Of a stretch of 64,000 nucleotides of DNA, positions 27,042 to 36,759 are shown piece by piece (position 1 is the stretch's first letter; each line of letters opens with the position of its first letter). Origin of the DNA: an uncultured Chitinophagaceae bacterium. Lineage in GTDB: Bacteria > Bacteroidota > Ignavibacteria > UBA10030 > UBA8401. Below the pieces are notes generated by a model. The model was not told where the DNA came from, ran no database searches, and saw nothing but the letters and a program-made list of their open reading frames with translations. The translations under genes and the position numbers were made by a program. The stretch lies in NCBI GenBank assembly GCA_964409765.1, contig CAYPEM010000015.1, positions 8,713 to 72,712 on the forward strand, given 5' to 3'.

Positions 27042-29228
27042 TTAATTTCTTCCGTTCTTTTTCTTTTTTCTTTTTTTCTCTTCTTTAATATCCGTTTCTA
27101 CCAAGACAAAATCAATCTGTCTTCTCTCCGGTGTGACTTTTGCAACCTTTACAGTTATCGAGTCCCCAAGGCGAAGTTGTTTTCCGTGGCGTTCGCCGAT
27201 CAAAGCATATTGTTTCTCATCGAACACATAATAATCATCATTCAAGTCTCTGACATGCAGCATTCCTTCAACCAGCATATCGTTGATCTCTACAAATATT
27301 CCATACTGAATAACTCCGGATATGATCCCCTGGAATTCCGCACCCAAATGTTGACGCATATATTCCACTTGCATTACTTTAATAGAATCACGCTCCGCTT
27401 CAGCAGCAACTTTTTCCCGTTCTGAACAATGTTTACACATTTCCGGAAGGTCTTTATTGTGCTGATGTTTCCGTTTTTCACTCATACCGCCGGTATATTC
27501 CCATAACAGCCTGTGCACTATCAGGTCCGGGTAACGACGGATCGGTGAAGTGAAATGAGAATAATGATCGAATGCCAATCCAAAATGACCAATATTATCT
27601 GCTGAATAAACAGCCTTTGCCATGCTTCGCAGCGCGACTTCGTTAATAAGATTCTCTTCCTTTGTGCCGTGAACCTGCAATAAAAGCTGCTGTAATTCTT
27701 TTGACGTTGCCATTTGTGATAAGTTCAACTTATAACCGAACTTTCGTACAAATTCTTCTAGTGTCTTTAGTTTTTCTTTGTCCGGAAGATCATGGATGCG
27801 ATAAACAAACGGAAGCTGTTCACCATCTTTTTCCAATGTTGAAATATGTGCAGCAACCGTTTGATTGGCAAGCAGCATACATTCTTCCACTAACTGATTA
27901 CTTTTTAATCGTTTTTTTATGAAGATCTCAACCGGTTTTCCTTTGTCATCATATTTGAACTTTGCCTCTGGTGAGTCGAAATCAATACTCCCATTTTTCA
28001 TTCTTTTAGCACGAAGGATCTTTGCAACTGCCCATAGCTGTGTCAACTCTTCCGAATATTCCCCTTTTTTATTATCAAGGATTGTTTCCACTTCCTCGTA
28101 TGTAAAGCGCCGTTTTGAATTAATGACCGTTCTGGAAAATTCATATTTTCGCACTCTTCCTTTGTCCGTGACATTCATGAAAACAGAATATGCAAGACGA
28201 TCCTGATTGGGGACCAAACTGCAGATGTTGTTCGACAATTTCTCCGGAAGCATCGGTATTACTTGATTTGCCAGATAAACGCTTGTCGCGCGTGCGAATG
28301 CTTCCTGATCAATAATACTTCCTTCGGTAACGTACGCACTAACATCAGCAATATGTACTCCGATACGAAATGAACCTCCTTCAAGCAATTCTATTGAAAG
28401 AGCATCATCAAAATCTTTTGCATCGTGCGGATCGATCGTAAGAATGATCTCTTCTCGAAGATCCAATCGTTTCTGCAATTCCTCATTTGAGATTTGATTT
28501 GGAATTTCAGCAGCAGCCTGCTCCACCTCTTTGGGAAATGAGGTAGGCAGACGATACGATTGAATCACAGAACGTAGTTCAACAAATGGATCGCCTGCAG
28601 AACCTAATGTCTTTATAATACGTCCTTCAGGATTTTTATAAGGGTCTTCCCACTCAAGCAGTTCAACGAGAACTTTATCACCTGATGTTGCACCATTCAG
28701 ATCTTCAGGAGCAATATAAAAGTCTCGATGCATTCGCGGATCGTCCGGAAGGACAAAATAAAAATTCTTACTGCGCTGCAATGTGCCGCCGAATTCAGTG
28801 TGTGCACGGGAAATAACTTTCAGAACTTCTCCTTCGTTCACCGGAGCACTGTCTTTTTTTGCTTTTCGTGAGCCAAAGACTGCAACTTCAACGGTATCTC
28901 CATTAATTGCCGTTCCCATTGATTGTTTATCGATATAAACATCACCGCGGCTTGTAGTTACCGTGCCATTACCACGTTTGTCGATTACAATGGTACCGTT
29001 GATCTTATTGGAAGATTCCGCAAGATGGTACCCTCGGGCTTTCGTCCAACGTAATTCGGCATCATCCACCATCGTGTGAAGTACTTCGCGCAGTAATTGA
29101 AAATCTCTCTCGCTGGTCACACGTAATTGCCGACGTAACTGACGCGATTTATAACCGTCTTTGGAATGCTTTGCAAAGTACGAAAGCACCTGTTCACGCA
29201 GTTGTTCTGTTTTCATTTGATTGGTCAA
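27042..29228 (-). CDS. rnr: ribonuclease R
   Basis: 728 aa. Has cold-shock/OB domains and an RNB catalytic core (TIDPHDAKDFDDALS, RLAYSVFM, HFGLAFDHYSHFTSPIRRYPDLIVHR). An S1 domain (FQGIISGVIQYGIFVE) and a Lys-rich tail follow. Confidence 0.95.
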   Translation of the reverse strand: MTNQMKTEQLREQVLSYFAKHSKDGYKSRQLRRQLRVTSERDFQLLREVLHTMVDDAELRWTKARGYHLAESSNKINGTIVIDKRGNGTVTTSRGDVYIDKQSMGTAINGDTVEVAVFGSRKAKKDSAPVNEGEVLKVISRAHTEFGGTLQRSKNFYFVLPDDPRMHRDFYIAPEDLNGATSGDKVLVELLEWEDPYKNPEGRIIKTLGSAGDPFVELRSVIQSYRLPTSFPKEVEQAAAEIPNQISNEELQKRLDLREEIILTIDPHDAKDFDDALSIELLEGGSFRIGVHIADVSAYVTEGSIIDQEAFARATSVYLANQVIPMLPEKLSNNICSLVPNQDRLAYSVFMNVTDKGRVRKYEFSRTVINSKRRFTYEEVETILDNKKGEYSEELTQLWAVAKILRAKRMKNGSIDFDSPEAKFKYDDKGKPVEIFIKKRLKSNQLVEECMLLANQTVAAHISTLEKDGEQLPFVYRIHDLPDKEKLKTLEEFVRKFGYKLNLSQMATSKELQQLLLQVHGTKEENLINEVALRSMAKAVYSADNIGHFGLAFDHYSHFTSPIRRYPDLIVHRLLWEYTGGMSEKRKHQHNKDLPEMCKHCSEREKVAAEAERDSIKVMQVEYMRQHLGAEFQGIISGVIQYGIFVEINDMLVEGMLHVRDLNDDYYVFDEKQYALIGERHGKQLRLGDSITVKVAKVTPERRQIDFVLVETDIKEEKKRKKKKNGRN

Positions 29229-32200
29229 AAAGTAAAGCGGTAGAAAAGACGTGCCGTATATGTTGGCCGCGCTTGAATAATATCATAGTTTTCTATTTTT
29301 CGTTCAACCTCCGCCATAAAGCTGCGGTTCTGTCTGCCTAAAATAGGATATTGGATACTGATATTCGTGTTGTTCAAATCAGAAAGTACGTTTCCACCCA
29401 CGTTAAAAATAGCGGTCAATACTTCACCGCTGATATTCAGATCTGGTTTTGCCCGTTCAACATTCCGCAATTCGATCCGTTTCACGAATGGAATATTATT
29501 CTGCTTTACGAATTCCATCACAAGATCGGATAACATACTGTTGATGAACGTTCCGGTCAACGTTGATGTTAATTTCTCCCCTAATTTATTACGATCGAAA
29601 GCGGAAAGATCTTCTCGAAATTGTCCCGGTGTGTTCGGTGATGATGTCAATAGGAATGCAATGGCATCGTTTTCAACATCACCTTGACGTGGAATTTCGC
29701 GATTACTCTGATCGAGAGTGGCCAAGCCTATCTTCACTTTTGGATTCAAACGATTTCCGGTTATTTCTAATGATACGATAACTCGTTCCAACTCATCACA
29801 ATCCCCGGTCGTAACATTAGCGCTTTTACAATGTGTGCCTTCATACTTTGCAACGATATTCAACTGAGGGTTCTGAGGATCGCCGACAAAGGTCAATGAT
29901 CCGGATGCTTTGAACTCTTTGTAAAATCGATAGTTCGATTCACCGCTAATATTTATGGTTCCTGTCAACTGCTGGCCGGCTTCATCTTTTTTAAGAACCA
30001 TTTTGCCATTCAATTCGGCAGAAAGAGCTTCATAGGCACCAGCGTTTGCATTAAAGATCATATTGATATTAACGTTTCCCTGTGTTTTGATCGTCAACTC
30101 ATATCCAAATCCATCCAAAAAAGTGCGTTCAACTTTTTTGGGGGATATATTCTGTGAAAATGTTCGGGTGATTGTAGCCACACTGAGAGTATCAGAGAAT
30201 ATTTTTGATGTATCATCATAAAAAATAACATCATCAAATCTTGCATTTGATAATGAATTGGTCTGCTGGGTCTGCGGAAATATCAAGGAAGCCTCGCTGA
30301 TCAATACATCGCCGCTGATTCGAGATCGTTCAAAAGTTCCTTCAAAATGTAGTCCATTGGATCCTGTTTGTGCGATAAGGGTTCCAAAAAATGATTGATT
30401 GACTGAACGCGACGCATTCGAAAGCACCAACAGTTCGCCATTTGCTGAGAGGTGGTACTCCGATGGAGAAAATCCATTCATCGCAATATATCCGCTGACA
30501 TTGACCAATCCCGGAGAATAATCATTTTGTGTGTTTGTAATAACAAATTCCGGGAACATGATCTTTTGGTCGCCAAGGGTAACTTTTCCTTTAACCGCAT
30601 ATTGAATTCCTGTCATTTCAAGTTTGAACGAACCGTTCGCAAGAAGAACGGAGCCTTGAAGCGTCGGTTGTTTCAATGAACCTGTCAGGGATATTTCCCC
30701 TGTAACCAAACCGGTTATTTGGTCAACTTCCGGTACAAAAACATCAAAGATCTCTGCGGGAAGATTTTCTGTAACGATGTTTATATTCATTCCGGAGAGA
30801 CTGGTTCTGTCTTCCACTGCCGTAAAGCTGAGATCGATAGGGACATTGCCTTCAAGATTGAACGATCGAGAGATTGTAGTATCCACTCCTTGATGAAGTT
30901 CCACTTTCAATCCTGCATTCTGCTTCGCATAGCGAAATGCAACATCAAGATCCCCAAAATTACTGTTTCGATAGGCAATATTTGTTCCTTCCAACTGGGC
31001 AATAATAACTGGATCCTTGATCGTTCCAGAAATATTTGCAGTTGCATCCACCCTGCCTCCTAAAGCGTATGCTTCCTCCCGGAATTCCGATGAAGTATTG
31101 ACGAAAAAAATATCGGACAATGCAAAATTTTTGATCACTGCATTTGCATTCACAATTCCATGATAATTATACATTCCTTTTACGATAATTTCCTCTTCGC
31201 CACGGATGAACATTGAGGTATCGATCTGAATACCGCTACGGGTTGAAGTAACAACAAATGGGGTTGCATTTCGGATATCAAGTCCTTGATATTTTGCATA
31301 CAGATCGTTGAACGTAAATCGATTAAGGAAATCTGAGATCTCTACCGTTCCTTTGGCGGCTAATGTGATCGTCGTATCAATATCAACGGCGGCATCATAT
31401 GACCCTTGTTGATGATCAAAATCAAAATCAAGTTTTGCCGAACGGAACTTGGTGTTATCAATGTCAAACTCATCGCTGACCAAGTGCATGTTCATTTGAA
31501 GCGAGTACCCTGATTGTATGATTTGAGCAGGAGAGATATTGTTGATAGCATACTCTAATTTTGTATCGTGGAAACGAATGAATGCTGCTGTATCAGCATA
31601 GATTCCGTTCGAGACTGAGATCGTCCCTGTTGACGCTGCTGAGTTTCCGTTACTGCTCAATGTCCCTATCGCTGTTCCAACAATATCCAGTTCAGGAAAT
31701 CTAAAAAATGTTGAAAGAGGTTTAAGATTTTTCATCCGCAGATTATATGAAAGAGATGATTGATTGTTCTTGGTCATATCACCATCCCCGATGGTGTCAT
31801 TCAACACAACTGTCGATGAGTCAAATATTCCCCGCTGATATCCATAAATCTTCTCGAATCCTTTAAGGTGTGATTGAACTGCATCAACGATGTCGGTAAT
31901 TGTAAATGTACCTTCTAACTCACCGTCAACAATCGGCGAGGCAACAGTCAATTTATCGTGGTTTGCAGAATCTTTCAGCCAGGTAAGCAGAATTCTTGCA
32001 CTGTCGAACGATATTCCGTTGAAGTTTGATTGATAAAAATCGATCTTCATATCCGATTGTGCATCGAACAATGATAGATCTTTGCCTGAGCGTGTTATAT
32101 CGAAAGATAATTTGGAAGAGTAATAGTTGTCATTCACAATTGGAGCAAGATCAAGTCCGCGAACTTGAGCAAAGCCATTATATGACGGCATGGTATCATT

Positions 32201-33727
32201 AGTAAAATCGATCGTGGCTTGGGCGAGAATATCTCCGCTTGGTGATTGAATTGAAATATCTCCGTCAATCGTTTTATGATGCGCTTTTAATTCTATTTTT
32301 GACCGATTCAGCGTTATATTTCTAAATGATGATGAATCAACTTCAATTGTCGCATCGGTATTGAGTGTTGCAAGTGAAGTTCCTTCACCTTCAATAAATA
32401 TTCGTGTATTTAATCTGGAGACAAATTCGTTTGATGTAAATACTTTCTCTAAATTGACATTATTTCCTGCCAAAATTCCTTTGTAGTGAATGTTGTCTTC
32501 GGTGATAACCATTTGACCATCAATACTAACAGTTCCCGCAGCAGATTTCATCGTAGAAATAGCCAAAAAATCCAATGGTTTCCCGACAAATTGAAAATCC
32601 ATTGTAATTGGCCCCAAATCATTGTATTCCGGAATTCCAAAGTACGGCAGTAACATTGGAACATCAGGAGGATTTATCACACTTCCTTTCGATACAATAT
32701 TCAATCGTAATTCAACCGGTTGATAGATATTTGAGACCGATCCTGAAAGTGAAAGTGATGTTTTCCCAAATTCTGCAAGGAGTCTCTTGACAGACAGGTT
32801 CTCAAAATTTCCTTCAAATTCTCCCTCAAAAAGTACGTTTCCTTTCAAAAAATCCAATGATGGGAGGAATTTTTGAATGTCGTTTGTAACAATGTTTGAC
32901 GGTGATACGTTCAAAACAACTTGAGAGTGCCTGAGATCGGAAACATCTATAATTTTGAATACATCGATATTCTTCAATTCTACTGATGCTTCAATTAGGG
33001 AAGTGGGGGTTACTATCGTTAATTTTTTTACGGAGCTTTGCTGCTCTGTACGACTAATGTCCGCAGAGAATTTCGTCAATGTAAACTTTTCACGTTTTGC
33101 AATAAAGGAAAGATTCTTAATAGAAACATCCATTGTTTTTGAGGAATATATTCCATTCATTTCCAGATCAATATGTTCAATCTCCATATTGCTGTAATTA
33201 ATCACCGGCTGACCGCTGCGATCCGAATATGTTTTAGTATAGTCCCCTGTAGAATCGACCAGATGAAAGCGGGCATTCGTGATCTGAAGTTTTCTGGCAA
33301 CTATGATGAGTGATGATTCGCTGCTGTCGTCCGGCGTTGTCGATTTCGAAAGGTGGTCCACATTCCAATCGCCATTCTTCCATCGCGTAAGATGGATAAT
33401 AGGATTTTCCAGCTTTAATGAATCAATATTGATTTTATTTCTCAACACACTGATCAGCCGATAATGCACCGAAAGTTTCCCTGCTTCGATAAATGGGGCA
33501 CCATCGATATACATCATGACCGTATCTACTGAAAAACCGGAGAAGAGATTCCCATTGATCTCGCCGATGTAGATGTTTGCGTTGACCTCTTTTTCAAGCA
33601 GTGTATAGATTGTTGCACGGAGTGTACTCCGAAACATTGCTGTTTGCGTAAAGATCACCGTCCCGGCAACCAACAGCACAAGTATCAACAGTGAATAGAG
33701 AAATATTTTTGATACTTTTCTTGTCAT
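29225..33727 (-). CDS. tamB: translocation and assembly module protein TamB (AsmA-like, DUF490 C-terminus)
   Basis: 1500 aa with a single N-terminal TM helix (IFLYSLLILVLLVAGTVIF) and a long beta-rich body. The C-terminal segment LTGTINISGESNYRFYKEFKASGSLTFVGDPQNPQLNIVAKYEG fits the DUF490 pattern as I recall it. There is a 4-nt overlap with rnr and a 1-nt overlap with hldC. Confidence 0.7.
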   Translation of the reverse strand: MTRKVSKIFLYSLLILVLLVAGTVIFTQTAMFRSTLRATIYTLLEKEVNANIYIGEINGNLFSGFSVDTVMMYIDGAPFIEAGKLSVHYRLISVLRNKINIDSLKLENPIIHLTRWKNGDWNVDHLSKSTTPDDSSESSLIIVARKLQITNARFHLVDSTGDYTKTYSDRSGQPVINYSNMEIEHIDLEMNGIYSSKTMDVSIKNLSFIAKREKFTLTKFSADISRTEQQSSVKKLTIVTPTSLIEASVELKNIDVFKIIDVSDLRHSQVVLNVSPSNIVTNDIQKFLPSLDFLKGNVLFEGEFEGNFENLSVKRLLAEFGKTSLSLSGSVSNIYQPVELRLNIVSKGSVINPPDVPMLLPYFGIPEYNDLGPITMDFQFVGKPLDFLAISTMKSAAGTVSIDGQMVITEDNIHYKGILAGNNVNLEKVFTSNEFVSRLNTRIFIEGEGTSLATLNTDATIEVDSSSFRNITLNRSKIELKAHHKTIDGDISIQSPSGDILAQATIDFTNDTMPSYNGFAQVRGLDLAPIVNDNYYSSKLSFDITRSGKDLSLFDAQSDMKIDFYQSNFNGISFDSARILLTWLKDSANHDKLTVASPIVDGELEGTFTITDIVDAVQSHLKGFEKIYGYQRGIFDSSTVVLNDTIGDGDMTKNNQSSLSYNLRMKNLKPLSTFFRFPELDIVGTAIGTLSSNGNSAASTGTISVSNGIYADTAAFIRFHDTKLEYAINNISPAQIIQSGYSLQMNMHLVSDEFDIDNTKFRSAKLDFDFDHQQGSYDAAVDIDTTITLAAKGTVEISDFLNRFTFNDLYAKYQGLDIRNATPFVVTSTRSGIQIDTSMFIRGEEEIIVKGMYNYHGIVNANAVIKNFALSDIFFVNTSSEFREEAYALGGRVDATANISGTIKDPVIIAQLEGTNIAYRNSNFGDLDVAFRYAKQNAGLKVELHQGVDTTISRSFNLEGNVPIDLSFTAVEDRTSLSGMNINIVTENLPAEIFDVFVPEVDQITGLVTGEISLTGSLKQPTLQGSVLLANGSFKLEMTGIQYAVKGKVTLGDQKIMFPEFVITNTQNDYSPGLVNVSGYIAMNGFSPSEYHLSANGELLVLSNASRSVNQSFFGTLIAQTGSNGLHFEGTFERSRISGDVLISEASLIFPQTQQTNSLSNARFDDVIFYDDTSKIFSDTLSVATITRTFSQNISPKKVERTFLDGFGYELTIKTQGNVNINMIFNANAGAYEALSAELNGKMVLKKDEAGQQLTGTINISGESNYRFYKEFKASGSLTFVGDPQNPQLNIVAKYEGTHCKSANVTTGDCDELERVIVSLEITGNRLNPKVKIGLATLDQSNREIPRQGDVENDAIAFLLTSSPNTPGQFREDLSAFDRNKLGEKLTSTLTGTFINSMLSDLVMEFVKQNNIPFVKRIELRNVERAKPDLNISGEVLTAIFNVGGNVLSDLNNTNISIQYPILGRQNRSFMAEVERKIENYDIIQARPTYTARLFYRFTF

Positions 33728-34212
33728 TATTTACTATTTGAAAATCGGTTAACAATTGTTTCAACAATATTCGAAGTAGAACGGTTAGGAACAAATTCAA
33801 TCGTTTGAACTTTGCCCCCCGCTTGTTCAACAACATCTTTTCCAACAATTGCATCGATTGAATAATCAGCGCCTTTAACAAGAATATCCGGAACAACTGC
33901 TGAAATGAGATTCAGCGGTGTATCTTCATCAAAAAGACAAACAGCATCAACGCACCCAAGCTGGGAAAGGATGAATGCACGATCGTCCTCGCGTACAATT
34001 GGACGAAGATCCCCTTTGATCCGTTTCACCGAAGCATCCGTATTCATACCGACAATAAGAATATCACCCATCGATTTTGCTTTTAACAGATATTCAACAT
34101 GTCCGCGATGCAGGATATCAAATACTCCGTTTGTGAAAACAACTTTTTTATCCTGTTGCTTCCACAGTAACCGTTGATTAACCAGTGATATTCGAGTATA
34201 TACGTTCCCCAT
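33727..34212 (-). CDS. hldC: D-glycero-beta-D-manno-heptose 1-phosphate adenylyltransferase (RfaE domain II type)
   Basis: 161 aa. The cytidylyltransferase HxGH motif is VVFTNGVFDILHRGHVEYL; VKGADY is also present. Confidence 0.85.
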   Translation of the reverse strand: MGNVYTRISLVNQRLLWKQQDKKVVFTNGVFDILHRGHVEYLLKAKSMGDILIVGMNTDASVKRIKGDLRPIVREDDRAFILSQLGCVDAVCLFDEDTPLNLISAVVPDILVKGADYSIDAIVGKDVVEQAGGKVQTIEFVPNRSTSNIVETIVNRFSNSK

Positions 34213-34228
34213 GGATCCCTATGTAAAT

Positions 34229-35218
34229 CTATTGTTCAAAAATAGTTGCTCGAAGAATTGCAGGGTCGATCGTAATGATGCCCACTTCGCCGCATACAAT
34301 TCCTCCCGCATAATTGGCAAGCAGTGATGCCTCACCAATCGATGCCCCTGCTGCCAGCATTGTTGTCAAGGTTGCGATCACCGTATCACCTGCACCGGAA
34401 ACATCGGCAACATTTCGTGCATTCGTTGGAATGTGGGTAACGTTTCCGTTCTTTTCAAACAAGCTCATCCCTTTTTCACTTCGGGTCATCAAAATATTTT
34501 CAGCCTGAAGTTTCTCAAGAAGCACTTTCCCCGCAGCCAGTACATCAGCATCATTGGTCAATTTTTTTCCCAATGCTTCTTCGGTCTCTTTTTTATTCGG
34601 TTTGAATACGGTTACATTCTTATATTCAAAAAAATTATTGAATTTTGGATCGATCGCAATGATCTTTTTCTTTTTGTTTGCAAGATCTATGATGCTGCGA
34701 ATCAAATCTTTTATGACGACACCCTTGTTATAATCTTCAATGATAATGCCGTCGATCGAATCGATATTATTTTCGAGAGCGGAGAGTATCTTTTGCTGAA
34801 TATCAACTCCAATATCTTTTTTTTCTTCATTGTCGATCCGTACAACATGCTGGTGGTGGGCAATGACCCGCGTTTTCACTGTTGTCGGTCGAGAATGATC
34901 GGTAATGATACCAGCAGATGCTGCGTTCTGTGATTCAAGAATGGAGCGGAATTCCTTCCCCGAAAAATCATCTCCAACAATTCCGATCAGTAGTGCACTT
35001 GAACCAAGCGATACGATATTATTGGCAACATTTGCAGCTCCGCCTAAACGCGAAGATTCACTCTCTACTTCCACAATTGGCACAGGTGCTTCCGGTGAGA
35101 TTCTATTGACATTTCCCCAGATATACCGATCAATCATCACATCGCCAATGACTGCGATTCGTTTGTTACGTGCATTGGTTAATAGTTCATCAACTCTATG
35201 CTGAGTAATAGCTACCAT
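34229..35218 (-). CDS. hldA: D-glycero-beta-D-manno-heptose 7-phosphate kinase (RfaE domain I type, PfkB family)
   Basis: 329 aa. Contains IAVIGDVMIDRYIWG...RISPEAPVPIV and GGAANVANN. The PfkB C-terminal motif is DVSGAGDTVIATL. Confidence 0.85.
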   Translation of the reverse strand: MVAITQHRVDELLTNARNKRIAVIGDVMIDRYIWGNVNRISPEAPVPIVEVESESSRLGGAANVANNIVSLGSSALLIGIVGDDFSGKEFRSILESQNAASAGIITDHSRPTTVKTRVIAHHQHVVRIDNEEKKDIGVDIQQKILSALENNIDSIDGIIIEDYNKGVVIKDLIRSIIDLANKKKKIIAIDPKFNNFFEYKNVTVFKPNKKETEEALGKKLTNDADVLAAGKVLLEKLQAENILMTRSEKGMSLFEKNGNVTHIPTNARNVADVSGAGDTVIATLTTMLAAGASIGEASLLANYAGGIVCGEVGIITIDPAILRATIFEQ

Positions 35219-35250
35219 TCTAAGCTCATATATTTTGCATTATTAATAAG

Positions 35251-35279
35251 AATATACCCAATTTTGAAGCGACTATCAA
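35251..35279 (-). promoter_or_regulatory. candidate sigma-70-type promoter of the hldA-hldC-tamB-rnr-Omp85 operon
   Basis: The minus strand reads TTGATA (35279-35274), an exact 17-nt spacer, then TATATT (35256-35251), about 30 nt upstream of the hldA start. Confidence 0.5.
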
Positions 35280-35311
35280 TTTTCGTTAACCAAATCAAAA
35301 GGTTTAAAACA

Positions 35312-35340
35312 CAAAATCCCGCTGACAATGCGGGATTTTG
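35312..35340 (-). terminator. rho-independent terminator of the TonB-receptor/T9SS operon
   Basis: CAAAATCCCG-CTGACAATG-CGGGATTTTG, a perfect 10-bp stem, 23 nt downstream of the stop at 35363. The minus strand continues TGTGTTTT. Confidence 0.7.
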
Positions 35341-35362
35341 CGGATGACTCTGAATCTACGTA

Positions 35363-36706
35363 TTACTTAATCAGCAACATTTTCTTGGTCTCAGAAAAAC
35401 CATTGGATGTTTTTAATGTATAGAAATATAAACCTGCCGAGAGTTCGCTTGCATCGAAGCTGACGTTATACACACCTTCTTCATATGTTCCGCTAGCGAC
35501 CTGGGCAACTTCTTTTCCAAGAATATCAAATACTTTCAATGATAGTTCACTGGAAGTTTGAACTGAGAATCTGATCGTTGTCGATGGATTGAACGGATTC
35601 GGGTAGTTCTGTGATAGTTCAAACTTTGAAGCAACCATTCCATCAACCGGTTTTACAGAAGTAACTGCTTTACCGATAAATCGTTGAACAATTTCAAAAC
35701 CGCTGGCATTGAACTGAGCAACATAAACGGTATCCCCTGACGGACTGAATGCAATACCACGGGGACGCGGATCGATTGTTGTGTTCGCACCGTTGATAAA
35801 GAAACTGTCAACAGGAGTTGAAAATCTAGTGATTGGAGTTTTAAATGCATAGAATGCCCAATCACTCCATTTATATTTTGTATACAATGAATCTTTAATG
35901 GAAGGAGCAAATCCATTACCGGTACTTACCCATACATATTTTGTCACGGGATGAATTGTTATTGACTCAACCGTCATTCCAAACATAATTGTATCTTTCA
36001 ACACGTACGGTCCGAGTGAACCATTATCGCTGTGATAGATCATAACACCCGGCTGTGTATATGATGTCCAATAGACATCGTTGCCGTCGGGAGAAACACC
36101 GATCGTTCGGGAGAACCCACGTGATGTATCAACAACATTTCCAAGGAAGTTAAAACCATCATCATAAATCCGGATCGGACCGACAGAATTAAGAACATTC
36201 GCTACATACATTTCATTGAGGTCGTTGAATGCAGGCATCACCGGTGATGTTGCTTGCGGAATGACTTTATTCATGCCGGCACCGGTTTTGTAATTCATAC
36301 GATAATATGCGCCGGTTCCTCGTGAACCAACAATGTTTCCTTTTTTATCTTTTGCTATACCGCGATTATTACCGGTAAAGAATGTATCGGTAACTCCGCT
36401 TACAGAGATCATTTTAATCGGCGAAAAAGAAGCTGGTGTACCATCGGCTTTAAAAATATAGGCCAAAGGGATAACTGCTTTGTTCACTCCGCCGACAGAG
36501 ATACTATCCTTGTCCGGTTTGGCAAACGGTTGTATCCAAACTTTTCCTTCCGGATCTACCGCAACACCATGTCCGCCGCTTGCTCCTTTAAATCCTGTAT
36601 CAGGAAATGCTCCCTTGAACTGGTAATTATATTTTGTTGTTTGCGCAAAAGCACTGAACGCAAACAGCAAAACAACTCCTACCAAAAATGATAAACGTGA
36701 CTTCAT
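35363..36706 (-). CDS. secreted beta-propeller protein with T9SS C-terminal sorting domain
   Basis: 447 aa with a signal peptide (FAFSAFAQ). The body is a repetitive propeller-like unit (GVAVDPEGKVW, GIAKDKKGNIV, IGVSPDGNDVYW, GIAFSPSGDTVYV). The CTD is SQNYPNPFNPSTTIRFSV ... LSAGLYFYTLKTSNGFSETKKMLLIK. Confidence 0.8.
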   Translation of the reverse strand: MKSRLSFLVGVVLLFAFSAFAQTTKYNYQFKGAFPDTGFKGASGGHGVAVDPEGKVWIQPFAKPDKDSISVGGVNKAVIPLAYIFKADGTPASFSPIKMISVSGVTDTFFTGNNRGIAKDKKGNIVGSRGTGAYYRMNYKTGAGMNKVIPQATSPVMPAFNDLNEMYVANVLNSVGPIRIYDDGFNFLGNVVDTSRGFSRTIGVSPDGNDVYWTSYTQPGVMIYHSDNGSLGPYVLKDTIMFGMTVESITIHPVTKYVWVSTGNGFAPSIKDSLYTKYKWSDWAFYAFKTPITRFSTPVDSFFINGANTTIDPRPRGIAFSPSGDTVYVAQFNASGFEIVQRFIGKAVTSVKPVDGMVASKFELSQNYPNPFNPSTTIRFSVQTSSELSLKVFDILGKEVAQVASGTYEEGVYNVSFDASELSAGLYFYTLKTSNGFSETKKMLLIK

Positions 36707-36759
36707 GAATCCTCCATCTATTAGTGAGTGTTATTGTGAATTAGATCGAATAGAATTTG

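Noticed and set aside
27036-27425. 129-aa plus-strand ORF
   Set aside because: It is antisense to the Lys-rich tail and S1 domain of RNase R. Its Phe/Leu/Ile-rich sequence arises from the poly-A/T coding tract.
34433-35204. Plus-strand ORFs of 166, 99 and 63 aa
   Set aside because: They are antisense to the PfkB-type heptose kinase gene. They are low-complexity with no motifs.
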